From: Amoeboaphelidium occidentale
Lineage: Eukaryota
Direction: 5' to 3'
Assembly (NCBI GenBank): GCA_023515795.1
Contig: JALGPX010000107.1
Coordinates: 1-41,307, forward strand
DNA: 41,307 bases
The notes under the pieces: model-generated
Database searches by the model: none
What the model saw: the letters and a program-made list of their open reading frames with translations, nothing else
What the model was told of the DNA's origin: nothing
In this document: positions 30,593 to 41,307 of the stretch, piece by piece
Position numbering within the stretch: the stretch's first letter is position 1
Layout of the letters: each line of letters opens with the position of its first letter
Made by a program: the position numbers and the translations under genes

Positions 30593-31469
30593 ATGGGATT
30601 CTTGAACGATGGAAATTCCTGTTACAGGAGCGTCATTTTAAATGTATTCTTTCAAGGCTAAAGTTGAATTAACGATTTTATGGAAGTGTTTGGCTTCGTG
30701 TCCAGACTTTGGGAAGTTCCTGCAGAACAATTGTGCTGGCGATTTCGTAAATGTTTTAGCTGATACTCTTGCAACACAACAAGCCATGCCGGAACAGAAT
30801 ATTTTAATGAACAAAATGCTTCTGAATAATACCGAGCATGAACAAGAGGACGCTGAAGAATATTTGCAATGGCTCATGGGACAGATCGAACCGTCGCTGA
30901 AACGCGTTGAACATGGAAAGTTGATCAGAACTTTGAACCCTTTAGAGTTTTTGGTTATGGAAGAGAAGATGTGTTTGACTTGTGGTAAATCCAGTCACAT
31001 TTTTGCGCATGTTGAAAATGTTTTACGTTTGAGTCCCGCGAGAGATGTTTCAATTGAAGATATGCTTCCTAATGATGATTTTGTCGAAGGACACGCTGCA
31101 TGCTTCTACTGCAGCACGGTTAACAAGGTCAAATCGAATCTTTATGTTCGAAGGCACATTGCGAGACCTGCAAAGTTGTTGGTCATATTCTTGAATCGAA
31201 TATCTCAGTTTGGCAGGCGGCTGGTGAAGAATTCCTACAGAGTTTCATACAGAGAAACATTGCATTTTGCTGGAAGGCATTACAAACTGATTGCTTTGGT
31301 TCTTCATTTGGGAAGATCTGTTAACGAGGGACATTATGTGAATTACCGCATTGATGTACGTACAGGAAAATGGTTGTTTCAATCTGATTCTGTCACGCGA
31401 GAGGTTTCATCAATTGAAGAAGTCTATTCAAACACGGAAAACGTCTGCTTGTTGTTCTTTTCATTGTAG
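30593..31469 (+). CDS. Minimal ubiquitin-specific protease (peptidase C19), ~277 aa (2 exons)
   Basis: Exon 1 MGFLNDGNSCYRSVILN supplies the Cys box, and intron 30644-30686 joins it to CLASCPDF. Further motifs: EQEDAEEYL, two CxxC pairs, LVIFLNR, His box HLGRSVNEGHYVNY, WLFQSDS. Confidence 0.85.
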
Positions 31470-31522
31470 CTGAACATTCCTATCAGAGTATTTATCTACT
31501 TCCAAACACAGATCCCTAAGAA

Positions 31523-32590
31523 TTAGAACATTTTAATTACAAGAAAACTTACAAGAATGATAACTATTATCACCACGAAAATAATCAAACAGAGGATACA
31601 GAACATTTTTCTCCTGGAAGCTTTTTGATATTTCACCGCTTTCTTCATTTCGTCCACACCTTTGGCTGTATGATCTGCTGCGCTCTGCACGTAATTCTCA
31701 ATCTGATTAATCATGTCTCCCTGTGCATCAACTAATACGGCCATATCCAAGAACAATTGATGCAATTCGAGAATGCTCTTTTCTAGCTTAATAATATCTT
31801 GATGGCGCTCTTGGATATCATAAAGAGCCTTCTTTGCTTCAGCATGTTGTGGTCCCATCAAAATTTGTTGAGCAAACATTTGGCTAGTATCACCTCCACT
31901 CTCAATTGCCTTTTCGATTTCTTGAGTTGTTGCGTTTGGCTTTACGATTTTGTATTGGCGTTCCATGCGGTCTTTGAACTTGTTCTTGTACCTCGTCTGC
32001 ATATCTTGATACTCTGTGACTGTTTCAATAAACTTTTGAGTAACACTTGCATGTTGAGACAGCCTGATCCTCTGCTCAGATGTAAGATCTCTTTTGCCTG
32101 TCTCAGCGCCTGCTTTTTTATTCTTTGCCTCGAGTCCTGAGAGAGTAAGATCAAAGATCAGACATCAAACCTTTTAGTTTAGCTCGAACTTTCTGAATTT
32201 CAGCATTAGCAGAGTCCATAAGATTATCCAGATTCTTTTGATGATCTTTACATGATCAATTTGAAACTTGAAGTAGAAGTACCTTTTTCGTCTCCAGTTA
32301 TTGATGTCAGGGTCTTGGCATGAAGTTGTTCAATTTCTCCAACCTTCCTTTTTACTGATGATATACCATTCTTGATCTCTTCAATCTATAAAATTATCAG
32401 TAAAAGAATAATGGTTATGTACTTCATCAAAGAATTCTTTTAGATCACCCATTTCTGAAGGGTTGCCAGAGTTTATGTCGATCTTGATCTCTGTGGGACC
32501 AGAGTCATCGGGACCGTCCTGATGTATAAAGTTAATAGATCATAATGTGCTTTGATATACCCTCAATTCTGTCATTCTGTCTCTTGGCAT
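31523..32590 (-). CDS. SSO1: Plasma-membrane syntaxin (Sso1/syntaxin-1-like Qa-SNARE; 5 exons)
   Basis: MPRDRMTELR N-peptide, Habc region, and SNARE motif IQERHQDIIKLEKSILELHQLFLDMAVLVDAQGDMINQIE with a C-terminal TM. Introns at 32519-32560, 32386-32422, 32246-32282 and 32137-32170. Confidence 0.93.
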
Positions 32591-32708
32591 ACTGTCTGAA
32601 AATATGACCTTCTAAGTCTAACAATTGTTGGGCAGAAAACTGATTCAAACTTCGAGCCCAAACAAGGCATCTATTGAGCCATCATGTTAAAAGGAAATTC
32701 TGTTATCT

Positions 32709-33004
32709 CTACGCTTGATGCTTATGCATAAAGTTGTTAAGACGTAGTTCCATGATGATCCCTGCTCATGCATTTCGTAATAATTCACATCATCTTTTTG
32801 ACTAAGATCTGTGCAGACACGCTGAAGTACTCCAGATATGAACAACNNNNNNNNNNNNNNNNNNNNCTACGCTTGATGCTTATGCATAAAGTTGTTCAGA
32901 CGTAGTTCCATGATGATCCCTGCTCACGCATTTCGTAATAATTCACATCATCTTTTTGACTAAGATCTGTGCAGACACGCTGAAGTACTCCAGATATGAA
33001 CAAC
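32709..33004. repeat. 138-bp direct duplication flanking N-gap 32847-32866 (likely assembly artefact)
   Basis: 32709-32846 matches 32867-33004 except A32739/C32897 and T32769/C32927. Confidence 0.9.
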
Positions 33005-33013
33005 TCAAAGATT

Positions 33014-35943
33014 TTATTTCATGTCAAAGATGGTGTCGTATAGCAACTTTTCTTCTTGCTTGTGAACTTTACCGATACCTGTAGCAGGTGCAGCTGAAAC
33101 GTTCCTTCCAATATATTTCAAATTACCGTTTGGTAAAATTTGCCTAATTCTAGGTTCTACAAAAGAGTAAGCACCCATATTTTGTGGTTCTTCTTGGGCC
33201 CATACATATTCCTTAGCATTTTGAAACCAAGCAAGAGATTGTTCAACGCCCTCCTTCGGGAAAGGTGACAATTCCTCTAAACGAACAAAAGCTATCTTGT
33301 CATCTAATCCTCTGGCTGTTCTTTGTTTCACAAGCTCATAGTACATTTTACCAGTCAAGAACACAACGCGTTCAACTGAATCATAATTCTTGATGTGTGG
33401 ATCCATTAAAACTGGCTCAAAAGTAGTTCCCTTTGTAATTTCATCGAAGGATGAGACTGCAGCAGAAAGTTTCAGTAGTGTCTTTGGCCCAACAACAATC
33501 AGAGGCTTCCTGAAAGGTCGTAACATTTGTCTCCTAAGACAGTGAAAGTATTGTGCAGGTGTTGTAGGATAAACTACGTGCCAATTAGGGTTTCTTGGGC
33601 TCATTTTGGTAACATCGAACGGATCATCTGACATTTGCAAGAATCTTTCTACGTGACAACTACTGTGCTCTGGCCCTGCACCATCATATCCATGAGGAAG
33701 TAACAGGACGATTCCGCTTTGCCTCAACCATTTTTGCTCTCCACTGTTCAGATAAGTATCAATGATAACTTGTGCACCATTGAAGAAATCGCCAAATTGT
33801 GCTTCCCAGATGTTCAAGTTCTTTGGCGATTCTAGAGACATTCCATATTCGAAACCCATGACAGCGAATTCACTCAAACTTGAATTTGCAACTTCTAATT
33901 TAGCCTTTTGGAGTTCAGTAATAGCGTTTAAAGGTATTGTAATTTGTTCGGTCTCTTGGTCTACTAGCATAACGTGACGTTGACTAAATGTTCCTCTTCC
34001 AACATCTTGCCCACTAATACGGACACTGTAGCCTTCAAGTAGCAAGCTACCAAAAGCAAGGGCTTCTGCAGTTGCCCAATCTATGTTAGATTTTGATTTC
34101 AAACTCTGGAGTCGTTCCTGGATATGAAACTTCTCCAATCGAGGATGTACAGTAAACTTTGGTGGCACGGTGACACTTTTTGTACCAACAAGTTCTAAAG
34201 TTTCCTCTTTAACGCCTGTATCAATTCTGCTAATAGCTTCTTTAGGATGAATTAAGCCAGCCCATTTTCCTTTCAAATGATCTGCTACAGGTTTATAAGT
34301 CTTGGTCGCCTCCATATGTTCATCAAGCTCTTTAAAGTAATCATCTCTAAAGGCTTTGATGTCCTGATCTGATTTGATAACATTTTCTTTCTAAAACATG
34401 AAATCAAAGAGTAAGAAATTTACTTTCAACTTTTCTTCATACAATTCGGGTACGCTTTTCCTATCTCTTATAATTTTGTACATCAAAGGTTGTGTAAATG
34501 CAGGTTCATCCAGTTCATTATGACCCCATCTTCTGTAAGTGATAAGATCTAAGATAACATCACGTTTAAATTTCTGTCTGTATTCTAGAGCCAAATACGC
34601 TGCATAAGCAACTTCTTCAGGGAAATCTCCATTCACGTGGATTACAGGAGCATTGATAATTTTTCCAACATCAGACGCATAAACTGAGCTTCTAGAGTTG
34701 ACAGAAGGTGTGGTATAACCAATTTGATTATTGACCACAACATGAATAGAGCCGCCGCATGTGAAATGAGGCAGATTTGACAAACCAAGGGTTTCCATCA
34801 CAACACCTTGTCCTGTGAATGCAGCATCACCATGAAGCCTATGATTAAATTCAGTGTTCTTAGAAACTTACTGGATACAGACGACTTTGTCACCCAGAGT
34901 ACAAGCAGGATCAGAGAACTGGTCGTAAAGATGTTTTTGTTTTGCTCTCGCCTTACCCATAGCAACTGGGTTAACAGCTTCCAAGTGAGATGGATTGTGA
35001 AGCATGGTAACTTGCAAAGATTTCTGAGCACTATAATCCATCCTGATAGAATTAGCAAGATGGGACAAAACATCTCCACTTGCTTCGATATCTTCAGGAA
35101 ACTCGCTGTTACCCTTAATCTTGTAGAACAGAGCCGTTTTGTCATACTTGAACAAATCTGTTAATAAGTTCAAGCGTCCACGGTGTGGCATACAAACGAC
35201 GCATTCCTCAATTCCAGATTTGGAACTTGTTTTGAACAAAGTATCAAGAGCAACCATCATAGATTCAGCACCTTCTAAACCATAGCGTTTAACTTGAGTA
35301 AACTTCTTGGCCATAAAATGATCAAACACTTCGCTTCTGGATAACAGCTGAAAGATACGCTTCTTCTCATCCTCTGTGAACTTTGGTCTCTCGAAACTTT
35401 CTACCATCTGACTGAACCAACGACGCACGCCAATATCAGGAATGTGACGGAACTCATAAGCAATTTTACCGCAGTAAGTTTTCTTTAGGTGCTGCACGAT
35501 CATTTCAATTGGCGCCTTTTCCCTAGGCATTGATGGATCATCCTTCTTTCCAACATGAACAATACCGTTGAGATTGAAAGTCTGGCCCTTTTCTGGTAAA
35601 CCATATCTCGAAGGCTCTAGCTCTGGAATTACAGGTTTTTGTTCCAAATTCAAAGGATCAAGCTGAGCAGCCAAGTGCCCATATGATCTGTAAGCATAAA
35701 CCAGTCTGAATAAGTTTGCATTCGCTGTTCTGTTTAGTTGCTCTTCTGGGGTATCTATACATGATGGTTAGATAACAAGACTTTAAAGCAGTAATGATTA
35801 CAATCTGGCATCTCAAACTTCCTTGGCTGTCTGAAGCCATAAACTGTTTCCTCATGTGAAGGTATCCGAGAGCTTCCACTGTATCTCTTGTGTCCATGAA
35901 GTCGGATATTTGTCCTCAATGTGGTCGACTTGATCCTGAACAT
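33014..35943 (-). CDS. DHTKD1: 2-oxoadipate/2-oxoglutarate dehydrogenase E1, DHTKD1 type (4 exons)
   Basis: [78 protein letters not shown] is the DHTKD1-type motif (OGDH/Kgd1 has GDVKYHL). Introns at 35755-35801, 34839-34871 and 34391-34423. Confidence 0.9.
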
Positions 35944-36317
35944 GTGCTCTTCTTTACAGAAATGAAACAACCACTTTGAGACCCAAACTCTTCTCACATC
36001 GTTCACGATTTCATCATTATCCACTAAGTCTTTGTGATTTACAGCTTAGTGCGATTCTTTCTCATAGAGCAATTCCATCTCAGTTTTAATCATCACAGTT
36101 CTTGATTACTGCTGATATCATCATATTTTAAATGCTCTTATTAGACTGAACGATATCATTGTGCACTGCTAGCACATGCTTTAATAGAAAAGCTCTTATC
36201 TATGCTATAACCCAATTAAACTTTCAATTCGTTTTTACCTTGCTCGGCTTTGGGATGATACGCTCGTTATTTCACCCGATTAGCGACCAAGTTTTTCTTG
36301 ACGAAATCACAGGCAAC

Positions 36318-37432
36318 ATGCTAAAGTACAAAGCACTGCTTCAGCAATTGAGGTTCGCTTCTAGAAAGGCTGAACAAGTAAGTGAATGGCACTATCACAG
36401 TTTGTTTACCGATTCCTTAGGCCACTGGAGCATCCGCTGTATCTGCTGGAACCGTTAATCCTCCTAAAAACTGGAGCCTCGTCTGGTTGACATCATTCGC
36501 TGCTGCAACTGGAATAGGCCTAACATTACAGCCAAGCCAAGTCAAAAATATTCACTTTTCCATTGCTGATGACGCAAATCATGGGCTACATCCTCCGCAT
36601 TATCACTGGGAACACAAGGAATACTTGAAAACTTTTGATCATGCAGCGTAACTTCCCAACATTTAATTTACTTAATCTTTGAAGTATTCGCCGTGGATTC
36701 CAAGTGTACAAGGAAGTGTGCTCTGCCTGCCATGCTTTGAAGTACATCGCTTTCCGTAATTTGGTTGGCGTATCGCATACCGAGGACGAAGTTCGTGAAT
36801 TGTGCGCAGAATATGAGACTCAGGATGGCCCTGATGAGAATGGTGAATTCTACATGAGACCTTGTCGTGTAAGTTTAATTTGGTTTAAGTTTCTTATTCT
36901 TTACAGTTGTCTGATAGATTCCCTGCTCCATATCCAAACGACGAGGCTGCTCGCGCTGCTAATAACGGTGCTCTTCCGCCTGATTTAAGTTGTGTTGCAA
37001 AAGCTCGTTTCGGTGGTGAAGATTACCTTTTTGCTTTGCTAACTGGATACCATGAACCTCCAGCTGGATTGCAAATAAGGGAAGGCTTGCACTACAACCC
37101 ATACTTTCCAGGTAAGCTTTTATCCGATTTTATACTTATTCTAAGGTGGTGCTATCTCTATGGCTCGTAATTTGTATGATGGTACTGTAGAATACGAGGA
37201 TGGTACTCCTGCCACCACATCTCAAATGGCAAAAGACGTTGCAACCTTTTTGGCTTGGGCATCTGAACCAGAAACTGATGATCGTAAGAAGATGGGAATG
37301 AAAGCAATGATGGTTTTGGGTACAATGGCAGTGCTGTCATACTGGTTGAAGAGATACACGTGGTCTTACTTAAAATCGAGAAAGATCACCATTATTCCAA
37401 CCGTTCCTAAGGGAGCTTTTAAGAAGCAATAA
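36318..37432 (+). CDS. CYT1: Cytochrome c1, mitochondrial (5 exons)
   Basis: [11 protein letters not shown]...[22 protein letters not shown] (CxxCH heme motif), [44 protein letters not shown]. Introns at 36378-36420, 36648-36684, 36869-36906 and 37112-37145. Confidence 0.97.
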
Positions 37433-37496
37433 AGAACTGACGTTAGTAGGGAAAATTCGTTTGTTTGACAGCATCCATCAAGTCTGTCAAAAGATC

Positions 37497-40312
37497 ATGT
37501 TGCAACTGATGAAACTCTGCACATTGCTGCAACTATCTTGTGCTTACGCTGCCTCACAAAGGTGGAACAAAGATAATTGGCCTCAACCAGTTTATGGTCA
37601 TACATGGACCAGTATCACTTTGCAACAACAGGAAAGTTCGGCTAATGATACTGTCAGGGAGCCTTATGGGATTTTGTTTGGTGGTTGGCCATGGGACCCT
37701 ACAGCCAATAGTTATAATGAAATGTATGTTTATAGCTTCTCCCTGTTCAAATGGCTCATAATCAATGTCGAGAATGTACCATTACCAAGACATTATCATT
37801 CATCAGTATCGTCTTCTGATGGTGATTTTCTCCTCATGTTTGGTGGTATTAGAGGGAATGAATACTTGAATAACACTTATATGTTGGATTGTCGTACTGA
37901 TCCAGCTTGGTCTGTGGTTGATGCTACATGTGATACCGATGTTTGCATTTCTGGTCGATTCGGCCATTCGGCATCATTATTTGAAGAGCTAGGAGAAGAG
38001 AGACTTTACAAAATGATTGTATTTGGTGGGATGTCAAGCTCTAACAGAATAAGTGGGAGTGTCCATATATTGAATATCAAGATTGCCGATCAATTATCAG
38101 CTTCATGGGAACTTGCATTTAATTATTCGATGCAAAATAGTTCGGTTAATGCGCCAATAGGACGATATTTTCACTCAAGCACATTGTATAATGATACTGT
38201 CTACATGTAAGGTTTTTTTCTATGAGTTCTGATTGTTTTAGATTTGGTGGAACGAATAATGGTGTTAACCCTGTGAAGGATCCATTTTTGTATACTTACT
38301 CTGTCCAAAATAACTCATGGCTGACAAAAATTGAAGTGACAGGCAATAACCCAGATGATATTCTTCCCAGTACTTCATTTTACGAGGATGGAATTTATGG
38401 TCACAGCGCAATTCAAATCAATCTTGAAGTTGATGGTGCCATGGAACCAGTTATTCTTTTCTCAGGCGGATTTACAAATTTGTATTCATCTGATGTCATT
38501 GTTTACCGCCTGACTTCAGACTCTTGGGTTGTACTACAGGATCCTGTAGCCGGGATCGAGTTGAATACTCCGACACCTCGAAGAAATATGGCACTATGTG
38601 AGAACAGTGGCTTACTCTATCAGTTTGGAGGAACCGGAGACGCTGAGTATGATGAACTTAATGTTATGTCGTTTACTCACAATAAGTTAAAGTTTTCAGA
38701 CCAAACGCAGGCAGACGGCGCAGCAACTTCAAATCCCTTTAATGCTTTTTGGACATCGTGTAGTATCGAAAGTTTTGAAGTTGCAGCATCTGACAACTTG
38801 CTCAACATTTCTATTTCTGGTTGGGGCTTTAGTGAAGAGAATGATGTATCTTTCACGAACTCTATAAAACTGTACAGCTATGAGAACCCAAATGATCTCT
38901 CCACCGACTTAAACCAGGAGAATGCCGTAGAATGCATCCAGACACAGTCGAACTCCGAGAAAATATCATGTGTTACATCATTCTTTCCCATGGGGTATTT
39001 TGCCGTTGTCGTCGATGTTACAAGCTTTTCTGGGGAAGTTTTTGGTCAAGCTTCTGAGATAGCATTTAAATGTCTACGGTCTGGATTTAACATATCAACA
39101 TTGTCTTCCAGCACCGGAGATCGGTTAGAAGCTTGTGTCCCGATTCCTAGAATTGATTCGATTTCGCCGGATTCTGGTGTTGGTGGTGATATTGTCGAAT
39201 TGGCTGGCGAAAATCTTTCTGATGAGCTTGAAATACTTGTTGGAGGTTCTCCTTGTGTAATACTTGACTTTAATTCAAGCTTGGTTTCTTGTACGATAAG
39301 CGATAATATCGCCACAAAAGATGCTACGGTGAGAGCGGCAACCTCATTGAAAGCTGAGAATAGTGGAGTTTTATATTCACTTTCTCTGGACATATCAACT
39401 GATCTTGAGTTTGAATACTTGTTTTTTCTATCTTCTATCTCTACTAATGTGACAGAAATTGAAGGTGCATTCACTGCAAGTTTTACATTCTCAGGCAAGG
39501 GATTCAACTCCGAAAGTTTATCTGATATATTGATCACTATTCCTAACACTCCTGTTACAGATCAAAATTGTGTAATTACTATGGTAACAAACGACAGATT
39601 CGCATGTTCGTTACCTCTTTCATCAAGATTTCAGAACTATGAGGTCATAATGAAGGTGTTTAATTCAGGATCTGAAGACCCTGCTACTGTTACTATTGTC
39701 ATGTGTGATTCTGGAGAGTTTCAATTAGAGTCAGGGTCTTACGTGCCTCAGAGGTGTTACAATATACAACCAACTCCTACACCTGTGACATCAATCGTTC
39801 TTCAAACAAAAGTTCTTATGAGAACGGATGTTGTTACAGAAACAAAACAAATCACGCAACTTCTGAAAGAAACTATGGTGGTTGATCAAACCACTGTTAT
39901 ATCGAACTCAAAAACTACAACAATCAACATCCCTGTAACAACAGTTAAAACTGAAGTCGTTGAGACATACGCGTTAACTGTGCGAACGATAAGAAATACT
40001 GATGATGCTGGTGTTTTAACTGTTAAGAGACTGGAAACTAAGATGCAAACGATTAAGAACGATCCAGCTTCAGAGGCTTCGTGGCAAGTTCCCGTGATCG
40101 TTTCAACATTATCATTACTATTAATCCTTTTTTCAATGTCGCTTATTCTTTTAATAATCTCAAAGAGAAGAAAAGTCCGAAGAATGAAGATTCACGATGA
40201 TGAAGAAAAGCCTTCAAAGGTCAAAGATATTGATGACATTGTGAACGAGATGGTTGAGATTGATTTGGCAGAAAATTACATTGGAAGTACTGAAACACTT
40301 TCACCTAATTAA
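37497..40312 (+). CDS. Type I membrane protein: signal peptide, Kelch propeller, IPT/TIG-like domains, Thr/Val-rich stalk, TM, short tail (2 exons)
   Basis: Kelch repeats YGHT..LFGG, RHYHS..MFGG, RFGHS..VFGG, RYFHS..IFGG (across intron 38207-38241), YGHS..FSGG. IPT signature PRIDSISPDSGVGGDIVELAGENL...VGGSPC...VSCTI. TM VPVIVSTLSLLLILFSMSLILLII followed by KRRK. Confidence 0.85.
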
Positions 40313-40557
40313 GAGCTTGATCAGTGAATAAAGAATGATCATCCAGAGGTCAAATCTTGATTAGTTAAGGTTTCAAGTAAAATTCTAGGAATGTTTCAAA
40401 CTCAAATCTTGAAATGTGATCAAGAATTCATAATCTACCCTGAGCAGGGTTTACGATAACTAAGACGAGAATAAGATCAGTCTTATTTCTATGATTCTGC
40501 TTCAGAGCGTGTGATCTTAGATGGGTATAGACAACAGAACACCCATGACGTAAACAA

Positions 40558-40846
40558 AAGCGTGATCAGACAAGGGTCACAACCTAATTTGAATAGACTA
40601 TAGGTCGCCAAAAATCTCCACACAATCAGACTTATACCAGAATCTCTTAAAGCACAGGATGCATTCGCTAGTTTTGTGTGAAACCTGCCTCNNNNNNNNN
40701 NNNNNNNNNNNNAAGCGTGATCAGACAAGGGTCACAACCTAATTTGAATAGACTATAGGTCGCCAAAAAGCTCCACACAATCAGACTTATACCAGAATCT
40801 CTTAAAGCACAGGATGCATTCGCTAGTTTTGTGTGAAACCTGCCTC
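40558..40846. repeat. 134-bp direct duplication flanking N-gap 40692-40712 (likely assembly artefact)
   Basis: 40558-40691 matches 40713-40846 except T40615/G40770. Confidence 0.9.
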
Positions 40847-40918
40847 GTTGTTTGATCGCCTTAAGAGCTCGCTTCGGCAACCGCCACTTTCTCTTTCCGG
40901 AAGCAACAACAAACCTTT

Positions 40919-41307
40919 TCTGAAATTAAAACTTCCTCCTGTTCCGCTGTTCTTTAATTAAAAAATATGAGAGAAATTGTTCATTTACAAACTGGCCAAT
41001 GTGGTAACCAAATCGGTGCAAAGTTCTGGGAAGTCATCTCAGACGAGCACGGAATTGATCCTACTGGTGTTTACCAGGGAACTTCTGACTTGCAGCTAGA
41101 AAGAGTCAATGGTACATTAAATTGTTTCCTGGAGCATTTAACTAACTTTGTTTAGTTTATTACAATGAAGCTTCTGGTGGAAANTCTGAAATTAAAACTT
41201 CCTCCTGTTCCGCTGTTCTTTAATTAAAAAGTATGAGAGAAATTGTTCATTTACAAACTGGCCAATGTGGTAACCAAATCGGTGCAAAGTTCTGGGAAGT
41301 CATCTCA
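40919..41307. repeat. Duplication of the beta-tubulin 5' region across the single N at 41184 (likely assembly artefact)
   Basis: 41185-41307 repeats the sequence from 40919 onward except A40965/G41231. Confidence 0.85.
40967..41183 (+). CDS. TUB2: Beta-tubulin, 5' part only (cut by an N at 41184; the same 5' end restarts at ATG 41233 and runs off the window)
   Basis: [34 protein letters not shown]...[15 protein letters not shown] with intron 41112-41155. Confidence 0.96.

Noticed and set aside
32752..32825. ATGATGA...CTGA spacing like a C/D snoRNA
   Set aside because: No terminal stem and no recognisable guide; such motif pairs arise often by chance in AT-rich DNA.
41233..41307. Second, tandem beta-tubulin gene
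   Set aside because: It follows an N and duplicates the upstream non-coding sequence with one SNP, like the four other gap overlaps, so it is most likely an assembly artefact.
1..41307. Genome-wide alternative genetic code (TAA/TAG = Gln)
   Set aside because: Conserved genes (Ran, ILV3, DCD1, PRP6, CYT1, DHTKD1) end at TAA exactly where their homologues end, and their exons have no internal TAR codons.
1..41307. tRNA, rRNA, CRISPR arrays, autonomous transposase or viral genes
   Set aside because: I saw no such motifs or ORFs by eye. A tRNAscan/Infernal run could still find small RNAs I missed.

Overview
Gene-dense, AT-rich eukaryotic nuclear DNA, most likely from an early-diverging fungus or close relative (chytrid, aphelid or rozellid grade; this is inference). 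It uses the standard genetic code: genes end in TAA, TAG or TGA. I reconstruct 23 protein-coding genes and one probable pseudogene, with 28 very short GT-AG introns (33-51 nt) and spacers as short as 12-34 bp. Housekeeping genes are Ran, Atg22, a Kin1/MARK kinase, a DH-PH RhoGEF, an Lst2-like protein, a Boi/Pob1-like scaffold, ILV3, PDCD2, a TMX1-like thioredoxin, Dcd1, Prp6, a minimal USP, Sso-type syntaxin, DHTKD1, cytochrome c1, a Kelch-IPT membrane protein and partial beta-tubulin. They flank an ~8.6 kb accessory block (16057-24641) holding orphan secreted proteins, an ORF with two in-frame TAA stops and a 112-bp MITE-like element. Five N-gaps have duplicated flanks differing by 1-2 SNPs, probably assembly artefacts from two haplotypes. 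The best leads are a TTTTC motif just upstream of most start codons, the effector-like island, unusual domain architectures (SH3-SAM-PH-CH, FYVE-less Lst2, Kelch-IPT-TM) and an in-frame Boi-ILV3 junction. I cannot claim a definitively new biological system from sequence alone.
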